Positions 37,695-50,900 of a stretch of DNA of 64,000 nucleotides are shown here, one piece after another. Source of the stretch: Amoebophrya sp. A120 (lineage: Eukaryota; Protista; Dinoflagellata); NCBI GenBank assembly GCA_905178155.1, contig CAJINV010000016.1, positions 959,386 to 1,023,385 of the forward strand. The letters run 5' to 3'. The notes under the pieces are model-generated. The model searched no databases and was not told the origin of the DNA. It worked only from the letters and a program-made list of their open reading frames with translations. Positions within the stretch are counted from its first letter, which is position 1, and each line of letters begins with the position of its first letter. The position numbers and the translations under genes are program-made.

Positions 37695-40600
37695 ATGGCT
37701 TCGTGTCTGGCCGGCATCTGCAGCGCAGTTTGCGGAACAGAGGGAGCTTCCAATAAAGAACAGTTCGCCGCCCTGCCCGGCCGACCCTCGGCTGCAGAAA
37801 ATGGTGGTCAAAATGGAGTGTACACCAGCGCCGGCGACCTCGACCCGTCGAAACTGATCGAGGAATCCATGCCCTCCCTCAAGATCAACCTCTCGAACGA
37901 TCTGCTGAACCAGATCGCGGCCAAGGATGGCAACGGCTCCAATACCAGCTTCCAGGCGTTGCTGGTGAAAAAGTCGCACTCCGGGAGCCTGCAGACCTAT
38001 TACGAAGAGTCGGGTGGGCGGACGGGGTCGCTGTTAGGGGAAGGCGGATTCGGATCAGTCAGGAAGATGGTGCACAAAACGACCGGGAGACTTCGGGCGG
38101 TGAAGAAGGTATTGTACCGAATTATTCTTGGTGAATTTGGTGCGCAGTTTTTGCATTGATTCCTTTTTTTCACTTTGCAACTACATCTTTCTTTGTTTTC
38201 AACAAGTAGAACCTCCAGCATGTTGGGTACTCACTAGGGCTCTTACGATGCTGTCGTAGTTCGCTGGCTTCGTTCGCCGATGTGTCATATCCCCACCAGT
38301 CGTGATGTCTCGATCTTTGTAGTGCTCGTAACCATATAAATGTTAACATGTTCTCACTGCCAAAACGACACAATCTCATTCTGATCATCTTAGGTCGAAA
38401 TCACTGCGGGGAACCTGGCGATGCTTTCCGCGGAGCTGTCCATCCTGCTCCAGCTGGACCACCCTAACGTGCTGAAGGTTTTCGAATGGTACCAGTCGGA
38501 GGACGAATCGTGTCTGTACATTGTCACGGAAATTTGCGACGGGGGCGAGATGCAGGATCTGCTCTTAGAGGGGAAGTCCCAGACAAACGCGGAGGGCCTC
38601 CTGTATGGCGCTCTCAACTGTTACATTCTCAACTGTTTTACATGAATTCGTGATGCAAGAGCGGCAAAATTGAAAGGGGGAAGATTGCGCCTTTTGCATT
38701 ACAGATTCCGCACAGATTTAGGCACTGTCTAGCCCTTCGCAGATTTGTCATGCGAAGCAGCTTGACCACCTGGCGCCTTAAGGTAACTTTGCATGACAAA
38801 TCATGTAACAGCTGAGAATGTAACGTTTGAGAATCCCATATCCTGCTCCAGGTTTTTTCCGCGGTGCAGTACTGCCACCAGATGGGAGTGGTGCATCGGG
38901 ACCTGAAACTCGAAAACTGCCTTCTGAAGGACAAACTACAGCGGGCTTCCGACGGGTCTTTATGCATTGCAAAAGCATCGTAATAGTAGCAATTGCATTA
39001 CAAATTTGCTTAGCATTACAAATGAAATTTGTCATGCTGTTTTACCTTGAAAAGGAGATTTGTCATGCATAGCAGCAATCACTACGAGTACGATGCTTTT
39101 GCACAGGATAGTCTCTGATCCAAAACGACGATTTGTCTCACGTGCTGATCAAGGTGATCGATTTTGGGCTCGCCGCGGTCCAACAGAAATCGGTCGAGAT
39201 CAAGCAACAGGAAGACGACTACACGCGGGACCCCTCCGACCGCACGACCGCGTCCTGCTCGTTGACGGAGGTGCTCGGCACGCCGTACTACATCGCGCCG
39301 GAAGTGTTGGACCCCTCGGTGCCCTACAACGAGAAGTGTGACGTTTGGGCGCTGGGGATCATGATGTACATGCTCTTGTCCGGCGAGCACCCCTTCGCCG
39401 TGGAGGCGGATTTGCACCGGCGGTCCCCGTATGAACTGCAAAAGTGTCTGGGTCTGGAAGAATTCAAGTTTGTCATGCTTATCTGGCATGACTCGAGAAT
39501 CTGTGTTGCATAGGCACGAAAGAGCCCTCTTAACTGTCATGCGAAAAGGCAGCTTGCCATGCGGAATACGTAAGACATGGCACTAGCCACAAAATTAGTC
39601 ATGCGTAGCTGCGTAATATTCCGGCGCGTCTATCATTCACTTGTTTTAGCATTACAAGTTTCCAGACCCAGACATTTTTGCATTTGATACCCCGAAGAAA
39701 CTCTTTCACCGGATTAAGACGAAGGAGCCGAATATGCAGCGCCTGAAGGACGCGAATGTGTCACCGTCCGCCATAGACCTGATCACGAAATTACTCGTAT
39801 GCATTGCAGATATGTCTGGGTCTGGAAAAATGCCAGGTTTGCCATGCTCTGCTAGCATGACTGTCAAGTCTGTCATGCCAGGTACCCAAAAGCGCCACTT
39901 TTGTGTCATGCAAAAACCTAGCTTCTCATGCAGAATAGGCAACACCTAGCGACTCAAAAACCTGTCATGCTGAGCCGTCATTTCTGGCGTTCTCTTGATT
40001 CGCCAACCAGCATCACAACTTTTCAGACCCAGACATTTTTGCATTTGATAACTCGAGAAGGACTTTCGCACGCGGCCTTCCGCGCGCGAGGCGCTGCAGC
40101 ACCCCTGGTGTCAGCGGGCGAGACAGAATTTGATCACTGGCGACCAGGTGGCGCTGTCCGCCCCGCTGCGCAACATGCAGCTCTACTATCAAATGCAAAA
40201 ATGTCTGGGTCTGGAAGGATGGAACCTGTGATGCGCATTTCGGAACACACAAGAATCCCTCATGCATAGGTAGCAAGAGGTGCTCAATTTCTCTCACCAA
40301 AATGGGGGATTTGTCATGCGGGTTCGGCATTGCGGAAGCTTCGCGAAGCCTGTGATGCTAGCGCTTCCATGCCAGACCTTCTGTGTCATGCAGAAACAGC
40401 GCGACGCTTCCAGACCCAGACACTTTTACATTTGATATCTACTCAAAGACGTCGAAACTAGAGCGGGTGTTGCGAACCATAGTTGCCCGGGAGGCAAAGC
40501 ATCAGGATCTAGAGGCCCTCAGATACGCCTTCGCTGAGGTACTTATGTTTATGTCGGAACAACTACTGCGTAAAGATCAAGATGGAAGTGTTGTTGTATA

Positions 40601-42142
40601 TGAGTTGGAATTTATGTCTGTGAGGTAGAGATCGTGTTTGAGTTCGAGTAGTTGCGGTCGAACGCTCATGGCACGTCCATGAGAATTTGATGCTCGTACT
40701 ACCACTAATTATCATGTGAGCATGGTAGATGAAGAAGGAGAAGACAATGCCGGAAATGTGAAAAAAAAATCAGGTTGATGAGGACGGGTCCGGCGTGTTA
40801 TCCAAGGACGAGGTTAAGCACTTGTTTCAATTAAAACTCGGCGCCGATAACGTGGATGAGAAACTGTTCGAGACTACCTGGACGGCCCTGGATACCGACG
40901 GGAGTGGATACGACAGTGCACAACTCCCCCTCCCCCTCATTTGTCATGCAAAATACCCACTCCACCCGTTGCCTCTTGGCATTGTTTGCATGATAAGTTC
41001 TGGTAGCCCAAATAGAACTGTAATCCAGTCGTGTAAATTTGTCATGCAAAGCCGGCATTTTTGCTGATGCTTGTATTGCTGTTCATCCAATACAAATGAT
41101 GGAAAGATGCTGGAGTTGTGCACTGTCATAGTGGAAACATCGGGTACACCGAGTTTTTGTCCGCCGTCCTGGACAAGAACCTGCTGGCACAGGAGGAGAC
41201 AATAACCCGAGCGTTCGAGTATTTTGATTTGGACAATTCTGGAAAAATCGACCGCGACGAGCTTGTATCTTTTGCAAAAGTATCGTACTCGTACTAATTG
41301 CAGCTACGCATGACAATTTTTTTTCCCAAGCTAAATCAGCATGACAAATTCCATTTGTCATGCTGCGCCAATTTGTATTGCAATTACTACTAGTACGATG
41401 CTTTTGCAGTTCATAGCCTGCAGTAGTGCTCGGCGACGCCGAGGTCGAGGCGGTGATGAAGAAATTGGATGTCGATGGGTCCGGACAGATTTCGCGGGAC
41501 GAGTTTGGGGAGTTCGTGCGCCAGATAGCCGTATCCAATGCAAATATGTCTGGGTCAGGAAAGAATGGAATTTGTGATGCTACCTTCGGAGTCTACAAAA
41601 AATCTGTATTGCGTGAAGAGCAAACGAGGTCCAGTGTTTGCTACGCGGAGGTGAGGGCATTTCTGATGCGGTATGGACATCAGGAAGCCCCTGCAGAATC
41701 TGTGATGCTACAACAGCATGCATCACGGACGTCATGGGTCATGCAACATCTGCATGACAAACTCCTGCATTCTTCCAGAGCCAGACATATTTGCATTTGA
41801 TGAGCCGCAAACGCCGGTGGGTCTTCGGCCGGAGTAAGGTCCGGGCAGGGGAGCCGCTCTGGCTCGAAGATTGCGGCGCCCGACCGGTATACGTACGTGT
41901 CCGAAGCAGGAGGTCGCGCAACGTCAAACGCCGGAGGGGCGGCAAAGCCCCCGCGAGTCAGTGCTGCTGTTCCGGGCATCGTGGCTGCGGCCGGCCCGGG
42001 AGAAGACGGGATAACAAAATCGAAAAGCAAGTTTGGACAGCAGAAGTCTATGGTGGTCAAGCAGGCTGCGCTAGCGTCAGTGAAATACACAAAAAAAGAC
42101 TTGGAGCAAAGTTATGATGGGGAAGGATCCAGTAGCGACTAG
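37695..42142 (+). CDS. Calcium-dependent protein kinase (CDPK); 8 introners plus two GT-AG introns (38109-38393, 40539-40773)
   Basis: [32 protein letters not shown] and DVWALG, followed by four EF-hands (DEDGSG, DTDGSG, DLDNSG, DVDGSG). Cys-rich N-terminus. Confidence 0.93.
38604..38840. mobile_element. Introner, singleton family J (TIR TATGG..TCTCAA..GTTACATTCTCA)
   Basis: TSD TCCTG; kinase frame restored. Confidence 0.9.
38961..39110. mobile_element. Introner family A
   Basis: TSD GTCTT/GTCTC. Confidence 0.9.
39430..39689. mobile_element. Introner family B
   Basis: TSD CCCCG. Confidence 0.9.
39798..40050. mobile_element. Introner family B
   Basis: TSD ACTCG. Confidence 0.9.
40187..40437. 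mobile_element. Introner family B
   Basis: TSD TCTAC. Confidence 0.9.
40909..41130. mobile_element. Introner family G (starts TAC)
   Basis: TSD GTGGA; splits EF-hand DTDGSG|NIGYTEF. Confidence 0.9.
41266..41415. mobile_element. Introner family A
   Basis: TSD GCTTG/GCCTG. Confidence 0.9.
41532..41802. mobile_element. Introner family B (ends ATG)
   Basis: TSD AGCCG. Confidence 0.88.
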
Positions 42143-43257
42143 TAGTAGGTTTTTTTTCAACAAAAATATGCGACTCATATTTGCTAAGAGGTTTATACAT
42201 CTTAATCTTTTCAAAAAGAACGACCCAGAAGACGGAGATACATTCATACTCATGTCTCGAAGAAGTAGAAGATCATTGGCCTACTTCGAGTTTCGCACGC
42301 ACCTGTTGGCTCGCAGCACACTGTCTCTTATTCAGAATACTAGGTCAATCTGTGCTGTGACGCGTTTTTTTTTCCTTACCTCCAGTATAAAATTTTCCGC
42401 ACTGCTAGTAGAACTGCCTTTGAGACGGTAGAAGCATAGCCATGGCCGGTTTCGCATTCGAGGCTCTGGGTGCGCGGTGCAAGTTTTCCATTCATGATAG
42501 TTAGCTGTCGGGGTACTTAAGAAAAACAACTTTTGCGCAGGTGCACGTGCACATAAAGAACATTACTAGCCTTGAGATGAAGAGCGCGACAGGAGGTCAA
42601 CATATTTTCCATAGTTGTTTATGTTCTGACCATAAGTATCATGCTCATGATATATTCCTACACGATGTCTACTCAGTATTTTCTGTTCGTGTTTCAGTGT
42701 CGTGAGACCACAAACAGCGCAAAACATCACTGTGTCTGTGTCATACGTATTTACCACTTATTGGATCTTCTTACATGCAGCTACGTCGGCGTGGTGACCC
42801 TGACCGCCACGGACGCGGCGATTTCTTCGCAAGTTGGAGTCATTGAGGCAACTGCGACACCTGTTCATTTTGTTCTGCCGACGCCTTCGCGTTTGAATTC
42901 GATCATGAGTCCACATCGTCAGAATAAGTAGGAAGCAGCTTTAGGAAAAATGAAAATGAGGATGAAGAGGCCCCCCGTCGGGTCGTGGAGGTTCGGTCTA
43001 CCTAAAAATTCATTGTTCCTGCCGTGAGTAGTTCTAGTTCACCACCAATTTGAATAGCTTATCTCGCTTTTTTTTGGAAGAACCACTCTCGTCTTTTTCG
43101 GTCGTCGTGTTTTATTGTTGTTGACATTCGATATGCTTATCCTTATGCAGTAGTTGATGTTGTATTACCAACAGGACAAGCTAAAGATTCATCATCATTC
43201 GATCCAGCATAACAAGTCCAAGTCATAAATATGAAGCTGTGCTGAGAGAGGAAGATC

Positions 43258-45417
43258 ATGCCATCTACTTCCGTGCGCGCCGTGCTGCCCACTAGCACCG
43301 CAAACCAAGCTTCGTCGTTGATGTTCCGGCACCACCCCCACTCCCACCATCCCCGGATCATCTCCCGTCAGCACCCGTTGGTAAAGCACCTCCGTGACCT
43401 CCGGCGCAACCGGCACTATCGCAACGCCGAGACCTTGTTTGTGAAAGGCGGCAATTTGATCGCCAGCTCGCCCGTGGCGCCTCGCAGGATTGTGGTGCCG
43501 TTGTTGGGAGCCGGAGATAGAAGTACTTATTGGGATCGGGATGATCATGATATTAATTCTACAGCTAGTGCTGCTGCTGTAAGAACAAGGGACGAGGCGT
43601 TATTTTTAGCCGAGGACCACAGCGCGAATGATTCTGTCGCCAGCGAAAGCGCCAGTCCCCCTGAGAGAGTGCACCAGGCGCCGGTATCGAGCAGGAGCAA
43701 CGGCGACATTTTGCCCAACCTGGAGGCTGCAGTGGAGCATCGTTGGCCTGGACAGAGGGTGGAGATCACAAGACTACCGGCGGAGCTGCTTGAATACATT
43801 GTCGCTGACGGGCCTTCCGATGCCAGAACAACAATCGGGGGAAGGGCTGGTCGTGGCAACACTCTGGGCCCGCAGTGGCGCCATCATGATCTACTTCACA
43901 GAAACTCACACAACTACCTCGAACGTGAAAGAAGACCAAAATTATGTGACGAGGAGGAGGACACAGCATGCGCACCAGGACGGCCCTCGACGGGTTTCTC
44001 GTCGGGAGTTGGACATCAAGAAGGAAACTCAGTGGCAGATGAGGACAACTACAACGGCAACGGGATAATGAACACCGTACTGCCCAGAAAAATGAACGAT
44101 CACTCCGGCATCGTCCCGAGAAAACACGGCGCAACCCCAGAACAAATGTTGCAGCAGTGCTTTCGCAGCTGCTGTGGTGCAGCAGGGATCATGGAATCTA
44201 GTACCACTGCCGGGTCAGGATCATCTACACCTGCACTACGAGAACTACAACTCGGTGGACCACCAGCGCCGACAGCCAAAGCTGCTCACTTCGATGGCCT
44301 GATCGTCGCAGAGCTGGACCGTCCGGAGAGCAAGGATGAGGCGACGCTATTCATCTCCAACAAGAACTCTCATCTTGTTCACTGTTCTTACAACCAGAAC
44401 GAACTCGCAGACTCAGAATCCAACAACTCCTCGACCAAAAATCACGGACTGAGGCTGGTGCTGGCCCTCGACAACATTCAATACCCAGACAACATGGGGC
44501 AACTGATAAAGCTCGCGAGCGCCTACAAGTTTGACGCGGTCTTCACTACCCCGTGTTCCGTATCGCCACTGAACTGGCGTAGTTTGCACTACTCGGGGCT
44601 GTTGCCGAACTGGGGGCTTCCCTGGGTGGTATGCTGTGCAAAAGTAGCGTACTCGTATTACTACACTCACAAAAATCAATGATGAAAATCCGGCACAACT
44701 ACATGACAAACCTCCTACTAACTTCCCAACCTAAATCAGCATGACGGATTTCAGTTGTCAACATGCTGCGACAACTTGTAATTATGGCGCAAAAAGAGTT
44801 ACTTACTAGTAGAGACCGCGAGAGTTGTAGTTGTACGAGGATCATACACATACTTTTGCAAAAATTCATATCTGGAGGGGTGCACCAACGTGAAGCGAGA
44901 TTTGTTCGAGAAGATCGTGCAAAAACACAACCTGCTCCCCATCGTGGCCAGCAGTGACGAGGGAATTAGCACCACATTGCAGTCGATTTTCTCGGACAAG
45001 ACGTGCCGACACTACTTGGGAGGTGCTGGCGGTGGTGGTCGTGTGGGTAAAAACAAGAATAACTTCGACGGGTTGTGCCTGATCCTAGGCTCGGAGTCTT
45101 TTGGCCCTTCTCCGTACTGCATGGAAAACAGTATTATGAACTGCAAAAGTAAGTATCGTACTCGTAGTAATTGCTGCTATGCATGACTAATCTCTCTCTT
45201 AAGGGAAAACAGCATTACAAGTTTCATTTGTAATGCTTAGCGAATTTGTAATGCAATTTATACTAGTACGATGCTTTTGCACAGGATAAGTATAAAAATC
45301 CGCGTGCCCATGGCGTCGACCCTGCTCCAGTCACTGAATGTACATGTGGCAGGGGGCATTTTGATGGAGGAAATCCGGACCCAGGTGGATAGGTACTTTT
45401 TTGCAAATCACGCATGA
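43258..45417 (+). CDS. SpoU/TrmH-family RNA 2'-O-methyltransferase (MRM3/TsnR-like); 2 introners
   Basis: IISRQHPLVKHLRDL N-domain, LVLALDNIQYPDNMGQLIK, LILGSESFGPS and IRVPM...SLNVHVAGGILM (SPOUT motifs 1-3). Confidence 0.88.
44630..44870. mobile_element. Introner family A-like (divergent, longer)
   Basis: TSD GGTGG/TCTGG; frame restored. Confidence 0.8.
45135..45288. mobile_element. Introner family A
   Basis: TSD AGTAT. Confidence 0.9.
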
Positions 45418-46192
45418 GGACCACGCATGTATAGTTTAATCTTCTAAGATGAAGATCGTCAAAGATGACGAAAACGTGAACGTGTCGAGATAATATCACG
45501 GGCGGCTGCGATGGATTTTTATCGTGCCCACGTGGTAACCTACATATAACGAAAACGAATAGATTTGATTTTGCCTAAGTCCTGGTAAACAATGTTGCGC
45601 ACGCAATAAAAAGAAATGAGTGGACCCCTGGAAGGCCGCGAAAAAAGATTTCCATGTAGTTGTCTGCAGTTTGTTGCCCCTCCGCTGGGGAGCATGACTG
45701 TTGAGAAGGTCTATTCCCGACAGCAAGTCGAAGTCGTGACGAGAAAGGCAAAAAGAGCCGTGGAAGAGAAAAAACAATAAAGTGAAAAAGCTTGGCGTGT
45801 CAAATAAAGCGTTAGTTTTTCAAATAGAGAATTGCGTTGTAGTACTTGCACTATTATACAGAAGTAGCTGCACCTGCAGAAGGACTGCACGAGTGGTGGT
45901 CAAACTGTTGCTTCTTACAGCGAGGAGAGGTCCTTTAAGTATAGCTCACAATGAATGACAACATGAGACGGTGAACTGAACACCTATCAAAACCGACACC
46001 ACAGTTGAATTCTTTACTGAAGTATTTTTGTTGTTGCACCTGTAAGAATTTCTTGTTCGTATCTATACGTACCTCGTCTTGGTGTCGTGGTTCGCCGCAC
46101 ATTTTTCAAATCAACCGCAGAGCTCTCAAAGGTTGTAAACTCGGAAACGTACTACAGCGACCAAAGGAACGAACAAAACTTTTGAATAAAAA

Positions 46193-47442
46193 ATGCCCGA
46201 GTCCCGCGTGAACCCGGCACCAGATCCTGCGCATCTGCTGAGTGCGGAGCTCCCGAAGTTGGAGCTGCCGAAGGAGAATGCAGATGTTGGGGCAGTGGAG
46301 AATGTTTTTGGCAGTAAACAAGGCGAGAACATCTTCAATGCAGGTGCTGGCGGGGAAAAAATGGAGCAGCCGGGAAGTAGTAACGCAGCGGACTTGAACA
46401 ATGAGTTTTCCGGTGCAGATGGAGGAGAATTCCTCCTTCCAAACGAAGTCGGATTGTTTGACAACGAGGCACAACTTCAGCCGCAACAAGAGGAGGAAGA
46501 CGCACCGGAGCCGGTGAATCTGTATGTATGCATTGCAAAAATCACGACATCGCAATCTGGATCTCGTCGCATAAGGAAATTCAAGTTTTCATCAATATGT
46601 TTGAATCTCGTATACTATAACTATGAAGAAATTCAAATTTTCATATGTTTGATTCTGCATGTTAGCAGCCCTTTCGAAGTTCTTTGCTTGGGAGACTTTG
46701 TCATGCGTTACTATTTCATACCGTTGCGAAGTAAATATGTTTGCAATGCATGGCATGATGTGATCGACGAGCTTGACTTGGCCGCGATGTTAGAGGGTGA
46801 CCAAAAAATGCTGAAGACGGAACAGGTAAAGTACTATATCGCTTTACAGGATGTTGATAGACTACATAGCTTCATTTTTTAAGGAAGAGAAGGAGAAGGG
46901 GGCTAGGGCTTGTTGATGACGCATTGAGTTTGACGAGTTGATGTCCCAGGAGGTGCTTTTCACCACTACTTCTTCACTGGTAATTCCAATTCGATTTCCA
47001 AGAATTATTAGCATAACTCCCACACGACAACTTTCCCCATGAAATAAACCGATCAGATTCTGCAGACGCTGACCGACACTTTTATCTCCTCCGAAGTGCT
47101 GGTGGTGTCGAAAATTGTATGAGATTGCGCAGTATGCATTGCAAGAATGTCTGGGTCTGGAACATGGCAACTTGTCATGCCAAGTCTGAATCATGCAAAA
47201 ATCTGTATTGCATGACTCCCAAAAGCTGTCCACTTTTGTCCAAGTTGGGAGGCAGTTTCTCATGCAGGAAATGCATGATCTGTCATGCTACGTCCTTCAT
47301 TCCAGACCTCATAGGTCATGTAAAACCTGCATGACAAGCGTGCATGCTTCCAGACCCAGACACTTTTGCAGTTGATACGCAGCTACTAGAAGTTCCACAT
47401 AGGCTCTTATTCTTTGGTGTGGAGGACGAGGAGGTCGTGTAA
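46193..47442 (+). CDS. Hypothetical acidic protein segment; exon structure beyond about 46825 unresolved; may be the 5' part of the downstream gene
   Basis: Open frame from ATG 46193 continues across element 46527-46752 (NLY|DVIDELD), then a GTAAAG donor. Confidence 0.4.
46527..46752. mobile_element. Decayed introner (ends ATG)
   Basis: TATGCATTGCAAA..TTTGCAATGCATG; TSD GTATG/GCATG. Confidence 0.7.
47133..47377. mobile_element. Introner family B
   Basis: TSD CGCAG. Confidence 0.9.
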
Positions 47443-47970
47443 AATAAGTGCTAGAATTTTATTCTCGTCACTTCTACTGTCTTTGCTCTTTGGCAAACGG
47501 CACTGGTAGTTTGTATCCGACAACTTGGTTCAACATCTGGAAGCCCAAAGAGGACCGGCACGAGAGACCGACCAGTCAGTGTGTCGTGAAGTAGATCTTC
47601 AATGAATTCATCTGTGTGATGAAATTGATGTCAAGAAGCAGAACACGAAGCTGAAATAAGTAACTCGGGGTGTGGGACGTCGAGTTGTGCATTCTCATAC
47701 ATTGGAAACCGCGTGCAAGAGGTGATTGAGGAATTTGGGTACCAAACGAAAGCCAATGTCCTGGCGAAGAAGTTGATCGCGAGTTGGAAAGGTATGAATT
47801 TATCTAGAGAACGGGGGTCGGGGTGCTGGATGATTGTTTATACGTGTTTTCTTTTGCGAGGAGATTTGCATCCATTTGGCAGCTGCTCCTTTTCCTCATA
47901 CGTTTTTTCATGCGGATCCGGATGCGCAAGAACAGGCGTCGTAATGCAATGAAAATGATGCGTCAAAAAC

Positions 47971-50900
47971 ATGAAGATAGTAGGCGCAGTTTTGAGTCCT
48001 CTCTACTTTCACCAAATGTCTTGCATGAAAAACCACACGACAGACACTTCTCCCAACGACAAGCCGCGTCCATCGGCGCAGGTCGCGTACTTTGACGGCG
48101 AACTGGAGAACGAAGCTGGCGAGCTGGAGAAGGTCTGCGTGTGGCCCGACCTGATTGGCGGGCCTAGCTCCAAAAACAAGATGAAGCAGGCCGGCGCTGG
48201 TGGGGAGAACAAGATGAAAAGCAAGAAGCCAAAGGAGAGAAAGGCAAAAGGTGCAAACAAGCCGAAGGCGAACAAGCAGCCCAAGAAACAAGCGATGAAG
48301 AAGAAATCCGATCTGGCGCTGCCGGATCTGAACTTCGAAGCCGATGAAGAAGAGGGCGGCTCTACGCCTAGCCTGACCAGCGAGGACGAGGGTGAGGAGG
48401 AAGATATGAATTGCAAAAGTATCCGTATCGTACTAGTTGTAAATCGTATTACAAATTTTCTCAGCATGATACATGGAGTTTGTCATGGTGATTTTCCTTG
48501 AGAGTTAAAATTTGTCGTGCATAATTGCGATTACTAGTACTACGGGCGGGATACTTTTGCACTCTATAGAAGATGGATACAAAAACCCGGACTTACCGGA
48601 GAAGGAAGAGAAGAAGGAGCTGGCAAAGCAGAAAAAATATCCCGTGCAAAAGTATCGTGCTTATTCGTATTGAAAATCACCCTCGACGCTGGTGCAATGA
48701 TGCATGAGAAGCCTCCTTCCCATAAGTAAATCAGCATGACAAACTACGCAGGACGAATTTTGTTTGTGATGCAATTCCTACTAGAACAGTGGAGTGCTTT
48801 TGCGACGCATAAGAAAAAGTTGGCCCGGACGAAGACGATGGATGGCAGTGACGAGGAGCAATTTGAGTGGGACGTAAGAAAAATGAATTGAGAATTTAAA
48901 ATTTAGCGAGCTTATTTGACGTGGTACAACGAGTACGACGTATTGGTTGTGATCCTGCATGTAAGTATTAGGTAGTTTATTTTCTATTCTTTCCACTATG
49001 AATGAATGAATCTTGAATGCCAGCGGCAAGAGGCGACGCCAACGGCAAACTCCCCCCTGGTGGCCGGGCACTGCTAAAGCGGGCGGTGAAACGTCACTAG
49101 GGGTGTAGGAGTTGGTTTACCACTACTACAGAATCATTTACCACTGAGAATTACACTACAGTATGTGAGAGGCTTTACCGCTCACCTTGAGAAGCGCGCG
49201 CGTCATTCTATTCTTTCCACTACAGAAACTAACACATCTGCATATCAGCATGATGTGGAATTATCGTGCACCTGTATGACAGAATGAGCAGCAGGATTAC
49301 GACATGAAACAAAATGAATTTCAACACAGAAACCGGACGACAAATCGGCGGCAGGCGGGGCCGCGCAGTCATCCAAGCATGTCCCCCTGAGTAAAACGGA
49401 AAAAGCGACTGGAGGGTTGTTGAAGCGCAGGACCCGCAAGGTCGTTGGTGGAGCTGCTGCGGGGAGCAAGAACGAGGAGGGGGTAGAGGAAAACAAAAAA
49501 CCAAACACGAAGGGGAAAGGAAAGGAAAAGAAAGTATTGCAGTGTTTTTCGATTTTATGCTGTCAAACTGATGTTGAACTTAGCGCGGCGTTGTTTGATA
49601 CTTGCAGTGCCAGTGCCAGGTAGTAGCTTCTGCCATACTACCAGGCACTTCTCCTGAATAAATTCTAAAAAAAGCTTCTACATAATTACCAGGCCACCAG
49701 CAAGGAGTCCTCCGCCACCTCCAGCAAGGCAAAAGTCGAGGACGACCTCGAAGTTTCTTCCAAGTCCAAGAGCAAAAGCACTACCTCCAAGGTCGCCATG
49801 AAGTCCTCCACCGGCGCGGCCGCGGCCAGTGGAACAAAGAAAGGCTCGAAGGAGTCAGCATCCTCTACTTCCGGAGCCGACAAAAACTACACGACCCTGG
49901 ACGCCGACGTTCTGCTCGCGGAGGACCAGGATGATCCGGCTTCCTCGAGCAAAGCGATGAAACGGAAAATGAACAACAACTCGAAGATGAGCAAGGTGGG
50001 ACAACAAGATGACTATGCAATGCAAAAGCATCGTACTCGTAAAGTAATTGCAGTTATGCATTACAAATTCAGGTATTAAGGTAAATCCGCATTACAAATT
50101 CCATTTCTAATGCTGAGAAACTTTGTATTGCAATTACTACTAGTACGATGCTTTTGCAGAGGATAATGACAGCGAACAGATGTCATCTCCTATCGCGGAA
50201 AATAAACAGAAACAGGATGCAGCAGCTGAGATGAAGCAAGCGAAATCCAAATCGAAATCTACCAACGCGAAGATCGAAGCGTCTGTTGCGGCGGAAAAAA
50301 GCAAACAGGAACAAGAGGAACAATCGAACTCTGACGCAGCTGGTGAGCCGGCGTCGAAGAAGCGGAAGATGACAAAATACCCAGTGCAAAAGTATCGTAC
50401 TCGTAGTAATTGCGGTCATGCATTACAAATCTCGTTTCCAAGGCAAATCAGCATGACAACTTGCGTTTGTCATGCTGAGGGAATTTGTCATGCCATTTAT
50501 ACTAGTACGATACTTTTGCACTTCATACAAAAGGTGCGGGAACTGCAAAAGCAAAAGGCTCTAGTACGACCTCCGCGGGAGGTGGAGCGAGTGCGAGTGG
50601 AAAGGTGAGCAAGCAAGCGTCAAAGCAGTCGTCGAAGATCAGTGTGGAGAAGGAGCAAGAAGCTGAACCAGTGGAGAAAAGCGCCGCTGGTGCGACCTCG
50701 TCCAAAATCGCGAAATCCAAAAGCAAGGAGCCCGCTTCTGATGCAGTCGTGTTGAACAAAAAAGCAAGCAAAGCCTCCACGATTTCCGCCTCGTCGAGTG
50801 TAGCAGTAGCCGTGATGAAGAAAGATCTCCAAGAACAACCAGAACAACCGGAAAAGTCCAAGTCGAAATCCTCAAAAGCGCCGGCGATGAAACAAGCCCC

